Shown here: positions 1-12,705 of the stretch, piece after piece
How the letters are laid out: the number at the start of each line of letters is the position of its first letter
Position numbering within the stretch: the first letter of the stretch is position 1
Notes under the pieces: generated by a model
What the model saw: the letters and a program-made list of their open reading frames with translations, nothing else
What the model was told of the DNA's origin: nothing
Databases searched by the model: none
Translations under genes and position numbers: made by a program
Assembly: GCF_009914755.1 (NCBI RefSeq)
Contig: NC_060926.1
Length of the DNA: 64,000 nucleotides
Origin: the human T2T-CHM13v2.0 reference genome, Homo sapiens
Direction: 5' to 3' (one strand)

Positions 1-168
1 CATCTCGTGGATCAGTGGTTGTCTTAGTGGAAATCAGAAGATAATGCCAAAGAGACATTAAATGTTCAGAATGTCCTGCACTGTAGAGTATAACTTGCTA
101 AATTTCACTTCTGTTTAAATCTCAATTACTGGAAGAAGCAGGTGGTGATAATTATCTTACTCCTTCTT

Positions 169-477
<309 letters not shown>

Positions 478-1024
478 ATCTTACTCCTTCTTGAAGTTTA
501 AGCTATTTAACAATTAATTATTAATCAGGGTTAGAATCAAGTTAAATAATCTACTTCATTTAGATTTTTCCTTCTAAACCGAGTATAAATTCCCATTAGT
601 ACTACTGTTATTAAATGGAACAATGACATTATGATCTATAGATACTTTCCTTTCTAGATAAACATATTGTAAATTCACTCCAGCATGTGAGCTATATGTT
701 CTAAGTAAACAATGTGATTCTCCTATTTAGCAAAATATTTCATTCAGTGTATTGTCTTATCCTAACTCTGAGCTTTCCAATGTATATTTAGAAATGATAT
801 TCCTTTGTGAAAGACTGTATTTCTCAGTGTGCATACCTGTTAGAAAAATCAAACATAGGGTGCAAGAAAAAGTGGTGAATTTTTTTTTTTACTTGTTCCT
901 GCAGTTATACTCATACTCCTCTGCTCATGTAAACATTTCAGCTCCCCAAATTCAACCTGACTGCTTGAAAATCTTTACTAATAATCATTACCTCTTGAAT
1001 AAAATCCAGATTCCTAATCCTTCA

Positions 1025-1135
1025 GACTAACCTCCATGAGAGCAGACACTTTGTGGTTGTGCTTGTGGCTAATATCATCAGTGCTTGCTATTGTGCCTGT
1101 CCTACAGTAGGTAATCAGGAAATATTTGTGAAAGA
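1025..1135 (+). mobile_element. L2 3'-end fragment
   Basis: cagtgcttg...tgtgcctg...cagtaggtaatcaggaaatatttgtgaa resembles the L2 3' terminus. A similar relic lies at ~1440-1590. Confidence 0.55.
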
Positions 1136-1574
1136 AAAAAATATCATAACCAAGGTACTATGCTATCTGACTTAAGTGTACTTTCCTGAGGTCATCTTAC
1201 ATAACTCATCTCCATACATTCTATGTTTTAATCCAATGAGACTATTTTTCTTGCACCTTCAAATGACTCCATTATCTCCATGCATGAAACACCAGTTCAA
1301 GTGTACTCTCTTCCTAAAGTTTTTCTTATCACCTCATTTAGATTTTTTTCTTCTCAAACTGTCTTAGAATTTTGTGTTTCTTTTACTATTTTTTTTCATT
1401 TTTCATTGAATCACAGTTACTAAATGTATCCTTTTTCAACTCCTTGAGGTGAGTGAGTATAAGAGAGAGGAGAGTATCTTAACTCTTCTTTCTTCAACAG
1501 TGCTCAGCATAGGACCCTCAAGTGTACTGGTGTCCAATACATGTTGGTGTGTTGTGTTGGTGTTCAATATATGA

Positions 1575-1927
<353 letters not shown>

Positions 1928-3284
1928 AGAATTGACTATTTTTTGGTTATCACTTTTTCCTTTAGATAAATCTTAAAAAACTTCCCACAGCTGATGTAAT
2001 TTGATAGAAATTCAGTTGAACTTAGTTCTTAAAGATACCTGACAAACAACTTTTGACTTGAAATATAATAAGAAAGAACACTGAACTTGGAGGAAGAATC
2101 TTGAGTTCCAAAACTGGATTTCTGTGAACTGGTTGAGTAAATTTGACATCAAAATCAATTCTTCGCATTAACATCGTATGCAAAAGAATTTAATATGGTA
2201 CATGGCGATAGCTATACCTCAATAAAGCCTCCTTTCATCCTTTTCCTATTATTATTTCCCTTCACTTAACTTTTTTTTTTCTTTTTCCTTTTCCTTCTTG
2301 CCCTCTCCTTTAAAAATCATAAATTTATTGAATGACTTTTAACATTTTATGACCTAAAACTTTTCTGGTCTGGATTTTATATTAAATCAGTTCAGCCTGC
2401 TTTATTAGTTTATTTGATTTCCCATATACAAAAATTGAAAAAAAAATTCTATTTGCTTTTTATTGAAAAACAAAAGACTAACTAAACAATAGTGCCTTAA
2501 GCTCCTATGATGAAATATATAGAGTATTTTTAAAAACATCATTGGTTAGCAATATCTAGGTATGTTGCTAGCATCTACCTTCCAAATCCACTTTGGAATG
2601 GCTTTGTTGCTTAGATTTTAAAGAAACAAAATTTAAAGAAACTTATAGTTTGAATCTGGGCTAACAGTGGGTGAAAGGCCAGGACTGAGCATCTTTTGTA
2701 AGGTGAGTCAATCTTCTTAATTGTGAAATGCCCCTTTTATGCAGATTTTTCTTTTTCTTTCAAGTGCATCTGTTCTGTGTTTTAGGTGGTGTTTAAACAC
2801 TTTTAACAGAATGGATAGATTTTCCTATTATTTTATCTACAAATAAACACCTGGTTCTTGATACTTCTCTTTCTCCTTTTATCACCTTTTGCCTAAGGAA
2901 ATCTAATTTATTCATTTTGCCTGTATTTTATACTCACAATATTTTCTTTTTTGCTTTTACCTTCTGCATATAACAAAACATTATTCTTGCACAGAGCTCT
3001 TTTTTTCTTGCAAACACATTTACTCTTAATATTTTATCTTTTGAGTCTATATTATGCTGATGGGAAGTTTTTCATATAGGATTGTTTCATTTTTATGATA
3101 CAGGTTCACTTCTTTCTCTTCATTGCCTTGTTTGTAGTTTTTTTTCCCTGCAGAATGTTTTGTATGCTACCTTTCTCTTTACTTTTTCCAGAATACTTTC
3201 TAAACAAGCAGATTGTGAATTTCAAATAATTCATTTTTATTTTTATGTTATGAATTGACATTCTTTTCCTCTGCTATTATTCAG

Positions 3285-3346
3285 ATGAGGAAGAAAGATA
3301 AAAGTGATAAAAGGAACATAAATTCTGCCATAGAAGTTACCGCCAA
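3285..3346 (+). other. Candidate exon A (62 nt) of an unidentified + strand transcript
   Basis: Acceptor ttcttttcctctgctattattcag| with upstream ttgac. Only one frame is open (MRKKDKSDKRNINSAIEVTA+AA). Donor AA|gtgaat is moderate. Confidence 0.35.
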
Positions 3347-4888
3347 GTGAATACGTATTCTAGTATATAGGAGTTTTACTCATGAAATATTTTGCCTTTA
3401 CTTAAGAAACCTAAGTTAAATAGGAAAATGATTATTTTCATTTTTAAAAAATTAAGGTATAAATTGTGTGTGCAAGTATATGCACAGTCTCCCCAAATTA
3501 TATTTTTCTGTGTAAATATTTACAAAATTGAATATCCTTCTTTTTTAATGACTCCTATGCAGACAGGAGGGAGGGTACTTCATAATTTTGGTTCATAACA
3601 TCCCTTAAGGAATTCATTCTAGTGGCCAAAAGAGCAACACCTTTGTAGGAGGGAAACAGGATCAATCAAGTTAACAAAATTATTGTTATAAGTTTCTTCA
3701 CAGGAAGCTTTATGAAATAAAAATTATATTCATAATAAAATAAGAAATTATGAATTATGAACTCATCTTAAAATGGTCTTTAAATGTTCTGTATGATGTC
3801 AGTGGGCCACACAACTTGTTCAGTGTCTAATTATGTTGATAAAATAAGATATGGGACTTTTTTTTTAGGTGAAATAATTTCCATTGTAACTTTTTGCATA
3901 TGTATGACAAATTATTCTCTTTACGCAAAGTTAATTGGAGGTTTGATCAAGAATCTAGGCTCTGTCTGGTTCAATAAATCCTACATAATTATTTATTCAT
4001 ATTATTTCCCTCATAAGTAGGAATTTTTGTCCTATCATTGTTATTTTGCTATGTTGCCTGTGTAGATACAGCTATCAGTTTGAAGCAGCAGTTCTGTCTA
4101 TGAGAAGATAAAATAATATCTTTGATGGGTTTCTCCATGTCAGGGTTCCTTCACCTTCAGGCATGTTTTCCAACATGTAGTTCTTTTTTTTCTTCTTAAT
4201 TGAATCAGTATTGCTCATAAATTACAATTGAGTGCAGATTGAAGGAAATGCAATGTCTTCTTAGGAGAGTGTGTCACCTAGTATTTATAATGTAATCACA
4301 ATGTTCATAGAAATTTAAACGTATTCTTTCCCCTACAACATTTACACTTTAACAGAGACAAAACAAATATATAATCATTAAAACTGTTAAAGGTAAGCAG
4401 GTAATTATAAGATTGCACTGAATTTCAGCTATAAGAATGGGAGTGACTAATTGGAGAAAGTATCCTACAGCTATAATTTTAGGGGAGAAAGCCCTGTGGA
4501 TAGAGAAGAGATGCTGTTCTAGGTAAATAAAATGGTCTGAGTAGAGCCAAGGAGGTTCACTCTTAAAAGTATAAGGAGCTAGTACAGATAAATTTCAAAG
4601 GCAAGCCAGTATCCAGATTCAAAAACATCTTCTTAAATTATATGGTTTTCTCGCCACAGATTTAGATTCATTCTCATTAGAAATATTGCATTTTTAAGTA
4701 TGGCTTTTAGAGGCTTGTGGCTTAACCAGAGCAAAGGCAGTAGGGTATGATCTAAAGGTCATTCTGCAATTTTAGCAGAGTATAACTGTCTCCTGGGTCA
4801 AGATTTGGCTATTCTCTCAAGAAAAGGAGGTTAAATGACATCTAAATGGTATTGTTAAGTAAACCAATAAGAAGTTTTATCTTTGTAG

Positions 4889-4955
4889 TTATAATTCTGT
4901 GACAGGCTTTTCTTCATGTCAGAATTACTGATCCCTCATAAAGACAAAAGCTTAG
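4889..4955 (+). other. Candidate exon (67 nt)
   Basis: Acceptor ttttatctttgtag| and strong donor TAG|gtaaga in unique sequence. Confidence 0.35.
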
Positions 4956-5902
4956 GTAAGAAAATGTTTTCATCTGATTTAGTTTTATTGCTTAGAGCTG
5001 TGCAATTTTTATATGCCTATTTAAAAAGAAAAAAAGGAAAAAACTCAGAAAGTTATTTTTTTCTGGGTAAAAGATAATTGGAAAGCATTTCAACCAAAAG
5101 TCAATATAAGTCTGTTGAGTTTGTCATTCTCCAGATATGCCCTCAGTTTATTTTTAAAAAATCTTAAGTTGACAATGCATTTTATTTGGCTATAATAATT
5201 TAAGTAATATTAGACATCTAGACTTATCATATTCATCATAGAAAAATTTTGGTAGCATCTTTATATTTTTAATCTAAAGCAAAATATTGATCAGCCTGTC
5301 CTAGGATGTAGTTAATACATTAGCTGATCAATTTAAATGCCATGATAACTTCAGACTCATAGATCAAGTGCTTTTTATAGTACTTTGGAAACCCTTGAGT
5401 TTTTTTATTCTTTCTTGGACTTGAATTAATTTTCAGTCTTTCTTCTTACTGTACTTAGAGTTTTTGACAGTAGAGCCATCATTAAATGAATGGGAGTTTG
5501 ACCTAAACTTATAGCTGATATTGATAACAACTGCTTAAATTTTAGTGAAACAGTGAAATGTGTCATTGATAAAAACATCATGACCTAGGTTCCCTGAGTA
5601 TGTTAGTAACTCCAATTTGTTAGAGTTTATATGTATCATGGTGTTCCATGGGTGATAGAGTGCCAAAACAATACAAACATTTACATATTTATGGACATTT
5701 TGGAAACAGTCAATTACCTACTTGTAATAAAATATTTAATATTAGAAAAATTGAAGAATAATATAAATTAATTTATTTTAGTTTTAGGTTGAGTTTCTTT
5801 GACTCAAGAATTTCTACTTATGTTTTTCATTTCTCTTACTACCTAAAACTAAAGAAAACATTAAGAAAAAGGCAGGAAAGGAACCTAATTCTTTTTTTAA
5901 AC

Positions 5903-6216
5903 TTTTTATTTTTATTTTATTTTATTTTATTTTTTGAGATGGAGTCTTGCTCTGTCGCCCAGGCTGGAGTACAGTGGCGCAATCTTGGCTCACTGCAACT
6001 TCCGTCTCCTGGGTTCAAGCGATTCTCCTGCCTCAGCTTCCTGAGTAGCTGGGACTACAGGAGTGTGCCACCACACCTGGCTAATTTTTTGTATTTTTAG
6101 TAGAGACGGGGTTTCACCATGTTAGCCAGGATGGTCTTGATCTACTGACCTTGTTATCTGCCTGCCTCGGCCCCCCAAAGTGTTGGGCTTATAGGTGCGA
6201 GCCACCACGCCCGGCC
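5903..6216 (-). mobile_element. AluSc-type Alu
   Basis: Full Alu with (TTTTA)n tail. Degenerate TSD taaac(t/c)ttttatttt at ~5898 and ~6218. Confidence 0.85.
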
Positions 6217-6339
6217 CTAAACCTTTTATTTTAAAACAATTTTAGATTGGCAATATGAGTATAACCATTCAAAGAAGCAAAAACAAAATGTACTGTGAGA
6301 TTCAAGGCACTGTCTTATTCCCTTTTTCTCTTCTTTTTA

Positions 6340-6570
6340 TTCATTAAATATTTATGTAGTACTGACTTTAAGTGCTGGGGAAACTAAGGTGAATATAATA
6401 GCCGTTGCCCTGGAAAATTTCATAATCGATTGTGGAATAGAGACACATTAACAGATAACCCAAATCAACTGTATTAAATGCAATAGCGGAACAAAGAGAA
6501 GTAGGATCACATAATCCAGCTCTGCAGCAGAGGTGAGGGTGGAGAGCAGCAACAAAAGAGAGCAATGGCA
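6340..6570 (-). mobile_element. L2 fragment
   Basis: tcattaaatatttat...gtgctggggaaactaaggtgaa...gccctggaaaatttcataatc is the reverse complement of the L2 3' end. Confidence 0.55.
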
Positions 6571-6814
6571 AGGGAATTCTTTATATTTTTGCACATGTGA
6601 AATGTCTGTATAGAAATATTTGACTAAGATTTACTCAGCAATTAGAAATTGTTTTTTGTTTGTGCCTATGTAATTGTATCATTACGATTTCAGTATCATT
6701 TAGACTTTATGGATAATCTACACACTAAATGTTTATTAGGGAAGGAAAAGTACTTTTAGAATATGCAACAATTCTGGTGACACTCAATACATTTTTGTTA
6801 AATATATTAATTTA

Positions 6815-8060
6815 TCCGTTTATTCAACTAATATTTATTGAACAGCTGCATAGTGCTAGTCATTGCACTTGAGTCCCAGGAAGATATTGTTATGGACTGA
6901 ATGTTTATGACCTTCCAAAATTCTATGTAGGCTCCTGCCCCCAATGTTATAGTATTTGGAGATAGGACCTTTATGAAGGTAGTTAATGTTAAATGAGATT
7001 ATAAGTGTGTGGTCTTGATCTAATAGGAGTGGTGTGCTTATAAGAAGAGACACCAGAGAGCTCATACTCTCTCTCAACCATGTGAGGACATAAGAAGTTG
7101 GCTTTCTGTAAGTCAGAAAGAGAGCTCTTACCAGAACCCAATCATACTGCCATTCTGATCTCCTCCAGACTCCAGATCTGTGGCAAAACAAATTTCTGTT
7201 GTAAAAGCCACCAAGTCTGTGGTATTTTGTTGTAACAACCTGAGCTGATTAAAACAGCCATAAATAATAAGTGTAATACATAAATAAGGTTAATATAACA
7301 ATTGCATTATTAACATAAAGTGTAATACAGGTAGAATATTATAAGGCAACGACTTGTGGAACACAGGAAAAGTGGGAAAGAGATAGGGAATAGGAAGTGG
7401 TGTGATGAAGGGAATCTTACAACATTAAGTAGGAGGTCTGGGTAGGCCTAATTGAAAATATGACATTTGAGCAAACACATGAAGTTTGTCCTGTGGATAT
7501 TTGGGAAGTTCGCATTCTAGGCAGTGAGAACAGCCAGGGTCCTGGCCCTAAGGTGGCATCATGTCTGCTGTGTTTGAAGAGTTGCAAGGGGCCAGTTTGG
7601 CTGGAGGAGAGGGATACTGGAAATTAATTAGCAGGCAATAAGTTTGGAGATCTAATAGGAGTGAGGTACCTCAGGGCCTTTTAAGCTATTATAGATTTTA
7701 GGTTTTACTTTGAGTGAAGAGAGGAACCATTGTAGGGTTTTAAGGAGAAGGGTAATGTAGTGAAGGGATTTGACTGACTACTGTATTATGAATAGATGTT
7801 AGGAGGGGCCAGACAAAAGCAATAATACCAATTAAAAGGCTATTATAGTAATCCAGGCAAGAGAAGATGGTGGTTCTGACTAGGGTGGAACAGTAGAGGT
7901 GATTAGTGATTAAATTCTGTATTTTGAAATAAAAACCAAGTGTATTTACTGATGGTTAAGATTTGAGGTATGAGACAAATATAGGAATCAAGGATGACTC
8001 CAGGATTTGGAACCTAAGCAACTGAAAAACTGCGGTTACCGCAAACTGAATGAAGGAAAA
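6815..8060 (-). mobile_element. L2a fragment, interrupted by an MLT1A LTR
   Basis: ttattcaactaatatttattgaac at the start. L2 motifs aggctattatagtaatccaggcaagagaagatggtgg and ggaatcaaggatgactccagg follow. Confidence 0.75.
6888..7256 (+). mobile_element. MLT1A/MLT1A0 solo LTR (ERVL-MaLR)
   Basis: TG...CA ends: tgttatggactgaatgttt...aagccaccaagtctgtggtattttgtt...ctgagctgattaaaaca. Confidence 0.85.
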
Positions 8061-8802
8061 TATTTGTCTCCGTTCGCCTAACCTGCTGTTATTCATCACT
8101 GGTAGAATTCAGGTGGCTTTGGTTGTAGAATATAAACAGAATATTTTGAGAAAAATGAAAGGAAGATAAAAATAACTAGGGAAAATAACCATGTTATGGT
8201 ATTTAAGTTGCTTTTAGCTATTTTAATCTTCATTTCTCTTGAATGAACCTTAAGGTCTTCACCATGGCTGCAAGGAGCGTGATAAAATTCAAGTGATAAT
8301 AATTTACAATATAAAGGCTTGATCAGAAATAGCATGGACTTCATTTTGTTTTTAAGGCTGTGCTTCCTGTATCTACATATAAATATTTAATTCCTACCAA
8401 ATTGTATATGCACCATTATGTTAAGCTATTCTGTAAAATCTTTTGAGAAAATGTGTGATGCTATCTTAACACAATTAAATTAGTTTCATCCATTTTTCAT
8501 CTGCAAAACAGCCCATGGAGGTATTTCAAAATGATTAATTTTTCATACTTATTCACAAAGCAGTTCTACTAATAGTTGGATTTTTGTAATATATAGTTTT
8601 AAAAATATTTCCAGTATGTAAATACATTATATTTTTCATAGTGTTTTCCTTCTTATTAGCATTATGTACCAGACAAGATGCCTGCGGGAAAGAGATAACA
8701 CACTCAAAAAGAGTGACTAAGGAAGGTTTAATAAAGGTAATATTTACCAAGGTGTGGGCACGGTTAAGAGAAGTCAGCAAGGGATGGTGAAGCTTGGGGA
8801 GC

Positions 8803-9163
8803 TGGTAGGGACTGAATTTTTGTGTCCTCCAAAATTCATATGTTGAAATCCTAATCCCTACTGTGATGGTATTTGGAGATGGGGGTTTTGGAAGGTAATT
8901 ACTTTTAGATGAAATAATAAAGGTAGGGCCCCTGTAGTGGGATTAGTGTTCTTATAACAAGAGGAAGAAAAACCAGAGCTCCCTTGCTGCCCTCCACCTA
9001 TATGAGTGAACATTTGCAAACCAGGAAGATGGCTGCCACTAGGAATTGAATTGCTAGCTCCTTGATCGTGGATTTTCCAGCCTCCAGAACTTCGGAAAAT
9101 AAATGTTGTTTAAGCCACCCAGGCTATGCTACTTTGTTGTAATAGCTTGAGCTGACTAAGATA
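8803..9163 (+). mobile_element. MLT1A/MLT1A0 solo LTR
   Basis: ggactgaa...ccaaaattcatatgttgaaatcctaatccc...ccagcctccagaact...aataaatg...gtttaagccaccc...gagctgactaagata. Confidence 0.85.
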
Positions 9164-9221
9164 GTGAGTAGGCTCACAAGACCAAGATTGCTGTCTTGGT
9201 TTTTCAGGTACCTGGAGATAG

Positions 9222-9545
<324 letters not shown>

Positions 9546-9944
9546 AGTTATACCTTTAAGTGTAGCTGTATCTGTATTAGAAGACCATTGAAAAGAAGCA
9601 GTAAACTTGGGTAGAGGAACAAATCCTGGAACAGAGCTTGACCTAATGGGGCTCACACATGCTGATTCTGCTTGCATTTTTAATTGACTAAACACAAGAA
9701 AGTATATTAGGAAAGGGAACCCAATTAATATAGTTCCTACAGGTCAGCCTCCAGGGGGACACAGCAAGCTATAGAGACCTGAAGAGTAGATTTGGAGAGA
9801 CACACAGAAAAATCTAGCCGACGTGAAATTATTATTTATAAAGGGAAAATTGATTTACATCAAGATCAACAAATATATCAAGCATTATGAGTCAACACCC
9901 CTAATTGTGCTAAGTAGTCTTCTTAGCTTCTTAGCTTTATATAT

Positions 9945-10095
9945 ATAAAGTTTTTATTAGAAAATATGTTCAAACTTACAAAAAAGTGGCCAAATAAGAA
10001 TATTACAAAGAATATCCCTATCCCCTTTAACCAGATTCACCTATTGTTAGCATTTTACTCCATATATTTTATTATATGCTCTGTGTCTCTTTTTA
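9945..10095 (-). mobile_element. Old L1 (L1MC/L1ME-type) 3'UTR fragment
   Basis: ttcaaacttacaaaaaagt...aagaatatccctatcccctttaaccagattcacctattgttagcatttt matches an old L1 3' end. Confidence 0.6.
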
Positions 10096-10478
10096 TCTTA
10101 GTAATATATTTTATGTTATTTTTCTATTATAAAAGCATTGTCAGTTGAGGCGTTGGGCTGAGTCCTTGACTGCAGCTCAGTAATTGCAATGCGTTGGCTG
10201 TAAATACCAAGTCTAGTGTGGGGATGGTAGCTTTCCGCCATGTGACCTGACAGGTAAAAGCCTTTGTAATTGCCTGTAGTTAGGCCTCAAAGATCTCACA
10301 CAGGATTTTGGGTCAGAGCTGGACTCTTCAATCCTTTGTCAGAAATTATAATTTTATTCAGATTAATTTTTATTCATCATTCTTCCTCTGTTTTAGCTTT
10401 AATTCTAAAAATAAACATGGAATGCTCAACATCAGTCCTTTTTTAAAGTTTTTTCACTCCTCCCTTGGTTGGATGAAG

Positions 10479-10772
10479 CTCCCACCAGGTCTGTCCCCCA
10501 ACGGAATTACAATTTGACATGAGATTTGAATGGGGACACAGAGCCAAACCATATCAACATTTCTAGCGTAGTTTTGATACTTCTAATTCAAAGTGTTTTT
10601 AATGACCCCAAATGTTTCAGGATGTTTAATTCAACATGGAATTTTTTTTATTTCCATTTTTTGGCTTTATGTTTGTTTTTAGGAGAGTTTTCATTAGGAG
10701 AAATTGCTTTCGTCATAATTTTAGCAGTCATTTAGCATCGATGTGATCTGCTTTTTCTAACATTATTTATAT
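10479..10772 (+). repeat. Dispersed direct duplication, copy 1 (derived)
   Basis: About 294 bp, ~96% identical by my count to 11585-11877. Carries only ~78 bp of the MSTA LTR end plus its unique flank. Confidence 0.95.
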
Positions 10773-10779
10773 TGTAAGT

Positions 10780-11300
10780 AGGTTCCTCACTAAGAGTATA
10801 TGTGTACAATATCCCTGGGCCTTTGTACGTTCAAATCTGCTTTTTATAGACTTGATATATGAAACACAGTTTGACTGAATGTATCTTTGGCTCATACTTT
10901 CATTTTTTTTAACTTTCTTGAAAATATCACTGTACTTGTACCTTGCTTTGTATGTTGTTTTTCAGAGAAGTTTGATGAAATTCAAATTATTTTGCATTTG
11001 TAAGATATTTTCTCTCTTTGCCTAACAGTGCTGAGGATGGTATCTTCAAACTCTAATAGTTTTGCCAGACATGTGCCAGAGTTTAGTGTTCTGAGTCAAT
11101 AGAAATGATGTGTCATTCCTATGGGTGGAATCCAGTCTTACTTTATTTTGGGAATGTTTTTCATTATAGATGTAATAAATTTTTATGTGATTCTATTTTC
11201 TCTTGGTAATATTTTCCTTTTATCTTTATTTCTGATATGAGTTATTCTTTTTCTATTTCTTTCTGAAGTCCATTACATTCTCTTATCTTTTCTTCTTATT
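10780..11300 (-). mobile_element. Highly diverged L1M (L1ME-like) ORF1-region relic
   Basis: cagtttgactgaatgtat...ggctcatactttc...gagaagtttgatg...ttgtaagatattttctc resembles an antisense old L1 ORF1 end. Confidence 0.45.
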
Positions 11301-11308
11301 TGACCATT

Positions 11309-11662
11309 TGTATTAGTCTGTTCTCACTCTGCTAAAAAGAACTACCTGAGACTGGATAATTGACTCACAGTTCTGCAGCCTCTACAGGAAGCATGGCTGG
11401 GAGGCCTCTAGAAACTTACAATCATGTGGAAGGCAAAGGGGAAGTAAACACCTCTCACCATGCAGGAAACAGAGAGAGAAGGAAGTGGGAAGTGCTACAC
11501 ACTTTGAAACAGCCAGATCTCATGAGAGCTCACTCACTATCATGAGAACAGCAAGGGGAAAATCTGCTCCCATGATCTAATCACCTCCCACCAGGTCTGT
11601 CTCCCAGCGGAATTACAATTCGACATGAGATTTGAATGGGGACACAGAGCCAAACCATATCA
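11309..11662 (-). mobile_element. MSTA solo LTR (ERVL-MaLR)
   Basis: Minus strand reads TGATATGGTTTGGCTCTGTGTCCCC...GACTAATACA. 5-bp TSD ccatt/acatt. Confidence 0.9.
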
Positions 11663-11877
11663 ACATTTCTAGTGTAGTTTTGATACTTCTAATTCAGAGT
11701 GTTTTTAATGACCCCAAATGTTTCAGGATATTTAATTCAACATGGAATGTTTTTTTTTTTCATTTTTTGGCTTTATGTTTGTTTTAGGAGAGTTTTCATT
11801 AGGAGGAATTGCTTTCGTCATAATTTTAACAGTCATTTAGCATCGATGTGATCTGCTTTTTCTAACATTATTTATAT
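11585..11877 (+). repeat. Dispersed direct duplication, copy 2 (source; contiguous with the intact LTR)
   Basis: Matches 10479-10772. Confidence 0.95.
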
Positions 11878-12705
11878 AGTGAACAGGATTCCTAATTCAA
11901 GAGTATTCTTTTTTGTTATTGTTGCTGTTTTCTTTTTTCTTATTTATTTCTTTATTTTTTACAGAAGGGTGTTGGGGAGAGGAAAGAGTTGATGTGTTTT
12001 TGTCACCCTTTTTGTTTCTGCAGCAAATATGTATTTCCTTATTTTTCTTCACTGCCTCATTTCAATCCCTTATATATATCACATTCTCTTAAGGAAGCAG
12101 TGGTCTTAGAAGGCTGCCACTTTGATCCTGCATACCATCAAGGGTCTTCTGTATAGCCAGTGTTATAACCAAACAAATGCTGACCCATGTTTAGTATTTT
12201 AGCATTTAATGATGCAGTTTGTCTTTTAGGGACTGATTTGGTCTATGTTTCATTGATAACCTCTACTGTCCTCATGTTTTTCATGACATCTCTTATGCCT
12301 TCTCTTTTGCAAATTCCATACCCACAGATTTGTAATACTAGGTGACTTGGTAGAAATTCTGCTGGAATTTTCTTCTTCCCTTTTCTAAAGGTCATATTTT
12401 TCTTGGTCTCCTAGTTAAACTGAAGTCCTGGGTTATGCTTGGATTATTTTGCTATTATTGATTTTATAATTTATTTGGAAGGGTGTGGAGGAGATTCAGA
12501 ATCAATGGCCCCATCATAATTATCCAACACCAGAGGTTGCCACTTATCTGTATTTTGAACTAGAGCAATCAAAAATTAATTTAAAGCTATTTTGTTTAAA
12601 TAATCATACAATTTTACTCTCATAAATGATGAATATTAAATGAGAGGTCTAGTTTCAAAAGCAAGAGGTTTTTTGCAGTAAAATATGAAAAATAACAACT
12701 TTTAT

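Noticed and set aside
6888-9163. Paired MLT1A LTRs as one provirus
   Set aside because: The interval is L2 and unique DNA rather than MaLR internal sequence, and the LTRs differ substantially.
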